From the NCBI RefSeq assembly GCF_001194135.2, contig NC_068984.1:86979241-87043240 (forward strand): a stretch of 64,000 bases of DNA, written 5' to 3'. The position numbers were made by a program, and so were the translations under genes. Under the pieces are notes generated by a model, which worked only from the letters and a program-made list of their open reading frames with translations, was not told where the DNA came from and ran no database searches. Origin of the DNA: Octopus bimaculoides (Eukaryota). Shown one piece after another: positions 60,901 through 64,000 of this stretch; within the stretch, counting starts at the first letter, position 1, and every line of letters starts with the position of its first letter.

Positions 60901-63257
60901 NNNNNNNNNNNTTCTGAAATTTTCAATAAATACCTTCTAGAGTGTGTAGATTATGATTTTTTGAAATTTAATATGGTAAAAAAAAAAAAAAATTGGCAGA
61001 CTCATACACATATATAATGACACCTTGGAATTTTGAAAAAAATTGTGATGTGTGTAAGTATTTATGTGAGTATGCTCACTATTTTTCTTTTCACAATAAA
61101 TTCCAATATAACTGTAATTTACACACTCTGAGAAGTATTTGTAGAAAATTTCATTAAAAAATAGCCATTTTTCAGAAAGTTATGAGGAAACAAAGCCAAC
61201 TTGTGAAAATTTTCTGAAACTCATCTTCCCACCTACAGAAATATTTTTTCGCAACAAATTCCAGATCTAGTCGGTTTGGTTGCCAGCATCAATTCTGTTC
61301 AAATCGATTTCATATTCAGTGTAATGATATACTATTATAGGCTAATGAATGACATGAAAATCATTTTTGCTATAAATCAATAAATAAAGAGTTATTTTGG
61401 TAATTTTATCCAATTGTAAGCCACAGACACATTCATGCCTGTTTCCATAGTAACAAGTGCAACATAAGAACTCTTTTGTCTGCGAGAAAGCATGTGTTGA
61501 CAGATATATTGAAACTACTTGTTTTACCTATCTGTTGACAGTTGAGCATGCGAATTTATGAACTGGTCAACAAAATATTTGTTTTTTAATAATATTTAAT
61601 TTGTAACATATTGTTCATCAGATTTGGGATCTAAGTTGGTTTGGCTGCCAGCATTTCAAAAATTAAAGTTTACAGAAATTTTTTTAATTTGGCACAATAA
61701 TATACTTTTTCAAGCTGAATTGTGGGAGTCATCTCACTTTTTCCAGAAAAATGTTTTCAAAAAGTTATAGTGGTATAAAGTTTGATCATTTTCACCCAGT
61801 GAGGAAACAGGATTTGGAAGCTCTCATTTTGTGCATGACCGCACATTTTTAAAATTGTGCCAAATTTTAAAATTTTCGGTAAACTTTAATTTTTGAAATG
61901 CTGGCAACCAAACCAACTAGATCTCAAATTCCGATTATATCGGAATCAACACCATCTGAAGCGTATTTGCAGAAAATCTCATTAAAAAATATCCCATTTT
62001 TCTGGAAGATCCAAAGGATAAATTTTTTGAGCAACACCCGCACGATTTTCACTAAGAAAAAAATAAAAGAAATCGGATTTTTTGCGTGAAATCAAGAACC
62101 CTGACCTCCTAATGTACTGCAAATCCCTTATTTTGGTTTGGAAAAGGATGAGGGCGAGTGCCCCCGCCTTTTTCTGAACAAAATATGGGATTTGTAGCAT
62201 ATTAGGTCATGGTATTTGATTCCACGCAAAAAATCAGATTTTTTTTTTTTCTTAGTGAAAATCGTGCAGGTGTTACTCAAAAAATTTACCCAAAGTATGA
62301 GGGGGTGACACACATCTGTAAGAACGCCGCAGAACCTATACCTATATTTTACCTGCCACCCATTAATCACTGGGTGAGTAAGATTATTAAAGGTTATTAA
62401 AGGGTTTCTTAATCATCCAGTGATTAGAAATTATTGAGGGTACGTGACCTAGTGGTTGGGTGTTGCCTTCACGACAGCAGATCGTAGTTTTGATCCCCCC
62501 CCCAAAAAAACGCTTTAATTCAGCTTTTTTCGGAACCCGGATCTTTCTGATTTCGTCAAATCAGAAAGATCCCGGAACCCACTTGCAAGACACTGATCTA
62601 CAATGTTTTCTTTTCAAAAATCAATAAGGTGTGATTTGAAAGAGGTTTGGCTCCTATTTTTAGCATTTCGAGCGGCCATGTAGAAGCTTCTTTCGTTGGC
62701 TTGGTAGTAAAGACTTCTAAATATTGGTTAGTTTGACTGTAATTTAACCAGACCTCCTTTCGCCTGTCATGATGAATGTACAAAATGATAATACATTAAT
62801 CTAATTATATACAAAATCTAGTTGCAAACAATATTTTATTAAATAAAGTAACAGTTTACTTCCTGGTTCACTCTCACTCACATTATGATTTGTAAGTTCT
62901 GAAGTTTCAGTTTAATAAATTCAGTAGCCTATATGAACTTAACATTCGAATCTAGGCTTATATTAAGAAATAGTTATAAATGTTAATTACTAACAGAGTA
63001 AGAAATTTTGTTTTTTTGGCAGGCGAGGAGGTGTTATAGTTAATTATATAGGCTTCACTTATCAACAGATACGTTTTTCATCGACCTCGAAAGAACGAAA
63101 GTCACAAAAAAGAATGTTTGTAATTTAAATTCTTACTTAAAAGAGCTAGAATCGAATATGCATCATATATTACAAAATATATATTGTATACTTACTTAAT
63201 CGGGTTCGTATAAAATTCATCCAGCGGGTTGACATCGGGCTGCTCTTTCGTTTCCAT
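50159..63257 (-). CDS. EEF1AKMT1: EEF1A lysine methyltransferase 1-like (N6AMT2/EEF1AKMT1 family), 5 coding exons, 253 aa, divergent catalytic motif
   Basis: join(63196-63257,57051-57201,54750-54859,51564-51856,50159-50304) = 762 nt; GT-AG introns with consistent phases. Family landmarks: LDEFY, ENWYYSQFWYD (cf. ENWQLSQFWY), VCCLCCPTIF (cf. IACVSAPSVY), YIFYDFNRP, SFDIVVADTPHF (cf. SFDIVIADPPYL), IMLCT, and C-terminal H..GLENPYACF.N. Orthologue versus paralogue is unresolved. Confidence 0.85.
51564..51856 (-). CDS. EEF1AKMT1-like exon 4 (VCCLCCPTIF...FDIVVADTPHF...IMLCTTL)
   Basis: TTTCAG acceptor, GTATGT donor; methyltransferase core. Confidence 0.92.
52468..52690. mobile_element. piggyBac-type MITE (second family), copy 2
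   Basis: CAGATTACTCTGTCAAAT...AATGCTAAAGGGTTAA; homologous to 43191-43417. Confidence 0.7.
52950..53400 (-). mobile_element. Short RTE RT fragment
   Basis: Minus-strand VIPNDLCSNIFIKYFKGKRD...DIKLMDQVMKQLQEK, homologous to the 33330 copy, with an internal deletion. Confidence 0.6.
54750..54859 (-). CDS. EEF1AKMT1-like exon 3 (YYSQFWYDEPTTKHITKKIHEICKDREKSQVGNSKQR)
   Basis: TTTCTAG acceptor, GTATTT donor; SQFWY motif. Confidence 0.9.
57051..57201 (-). CDS. EEF1AKMT1-like exon 2 (DLMFSNRR...SSDDPPNEE...DEFPENW), acidic
   Basis: TTTTATCAG acceptor, TGG|GTAAGT donor. Confidence 0.85.
57474..57544 (-). pseudogene. tRNA-like sequence (Thr-AGT-like), probably a pseudogene or SINE head
   Basis: 71-nt cloverleaf: D arm GCTT/GAGT, anticodon arm CTCAG-CCAGTAT-CTGGG, T arm GTGGG-TTCAAGT-CCCAT; acceptor stem 5/7 paired; U33 replaced by C. 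Confidence 0.6.
57660..57897 (+). mobile_element. Penelope-like terminal remnant with decayed hammerhead-like core, followed by (CA)n(TA)n
   Basis: CTTT-CTGGTGA-AGAGCAAAGGCTT-GAAA-CATG-AAAG at 57712-57747. Confidence 0.4.
58100..60405 (+). mobile_element. Chapaev3-like (CMC superfamily) DNA transposon, degenerate, with nested MITE and SINE fragment
   Basis: ATG at 58461: MPKNCINIADNFCYICGD...YFDCRVGDQDK, MPFAIPMIWRE, DLNLLKKQAELLCSRL, GYTKFCCFLCEWDS, LPPLHIKLG, KEGIFVGP, SF|KKVC...GNHRAENY. Ends ...CAGTG at 60405. Termini are approximate. Confidence 0.8.
59754..59974. mobile_element. piggyBac-type MITE inside the Chapaev3 transposase
   Basis: TTAA at 59750-59753 and 59975-59978; termini (C)GCCTTTGTTACC...GGTAATGAAAGGG; removal restores the SFKKVC reading frame. 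Confidence 0.85.
61621..62572. repeat. Cluster of three inverted repeats
   Basis: 61621-61696 / 61856-61930; 62016-62115 / 62201-62290; perfect 15-bp stem with 4-nt loop at 62539-62572. Confidence 0.85.
63196..63257 (-). CDS. EEF1AKMT1-like exon 1 (METKEQPDVNPLDEFYTNPI)
   Basis: ATG at 63257, donor AA|GTAAGT; phase 2 joins in frame to the 57201 acceptor (K-DLMFS); PLDEFY resembles the family ALQEFY. Confidence 0.7.
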
Positions 63258-64000
63258 TCTTGAAGAAAGAAGCAGGAAACTTAAACAACATCTAAGTTTA
63301 CAAATATCTTTATTGCTCTAAGGACACATAACTCTTATTGTTTGTGTCGCAACAAAAATGCATGCGTTGGTAATTTTATAAATCTTGAGCTGATTGCATA
63401 AATGTTGAAAATGAAATAACTTCGTTAATAATCTTAAATGACAAAATATTTTAAAGGATGAAAAATAAATTAGGTTAATGCTGACATTATTACCCGGAAA
63501 CGAAATCGAAAAATTAAAAAAAATAGTGCAACGGGTGTAAACGAAAGGTGTAGAAAACGAATATGAAAACAAAAATGCGCAGAAAGCAACGGAGGGGTGG
63601 GGTGTTTAAGGAAACTTTATATATCTTTCAAACGACATACATTATGATTATTACGAAATTTGTGGGTAAAATCTCGGATCTATTTTAAAACGGGGGCGCC
63701 AGTTTTCATTTATGTTTTATGTAGTGTTTTTGGTACGGAAAGACTTTCAAACTTCGTATACTTATCTATTTTGGGCACTATCATGCTATTAGCTGTCAGA
63801 AGTGAAAGTGCTCACTGCTAGTGAAGTATCTGTCTGCCTGCCTGTCGATTCTTTGGCTACTGACAGCTAATACCATGACTGGCCGGAGCGAGCTATATGT
63901 CTATCTGTCTGTCTGTCTCTCTCTCTCTCTATCTATCTATCTATTACTCGAAAGTTCGCGCGTCCGCGCTAGCTAGTCGTGAGTAGAAAACACAAATTTA

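Overview
AT-rich, repeat-dense eukaryotic genomic DNA with several N gaps. The SINE/RTE/microsatellite repertoire suggests an octopus-like coleoid cephalopod; this is inference, not a database result. I reconstructed two complete spliced protein-coding genes by hand, both on the minus strand, with all introns GT-AG and phases consistent. (1) A 16-exon NT5DC3/NT5DC2-like HAD 5'-nucleotidase (40511->1122, 1572 nt CDS, 523 aa) with intact HAD motifs and an Arg-rich mitochondrial-type N-terminus. (2) A 5-exon EEF1AKMT1/N6AMT2-like methyltransferase (63257->50159, 762 nt, 253 aa) whose family DPPY/F motif reads DTPH. The ORF track misses most of these exons. Introns and the intergenic space hold an R4/Dong-clade retrotransposon in (TAA)n/(TAG)n, RTE and CR1-like LINE fragments, a Chapaev3-like DNA transposon with nested MITE and SINE, two solo-LTR-like elements, pogo- and piggyBac-type MITEs, at least four SINE-like families and tRNA-like relics. 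They also hold several intronic inverted repeats: a perfect 34-bp hairpin, a ~1.25-kb nested palindrome and a three-hairpin cluster. No prokaryotic-type system (CRISPR, operon) is present. The best candidates for new biology are the motif-divergent methyltransferase, the intronic dsRNA-forming structures, and microsatellite-targeted stacking of retroelements.
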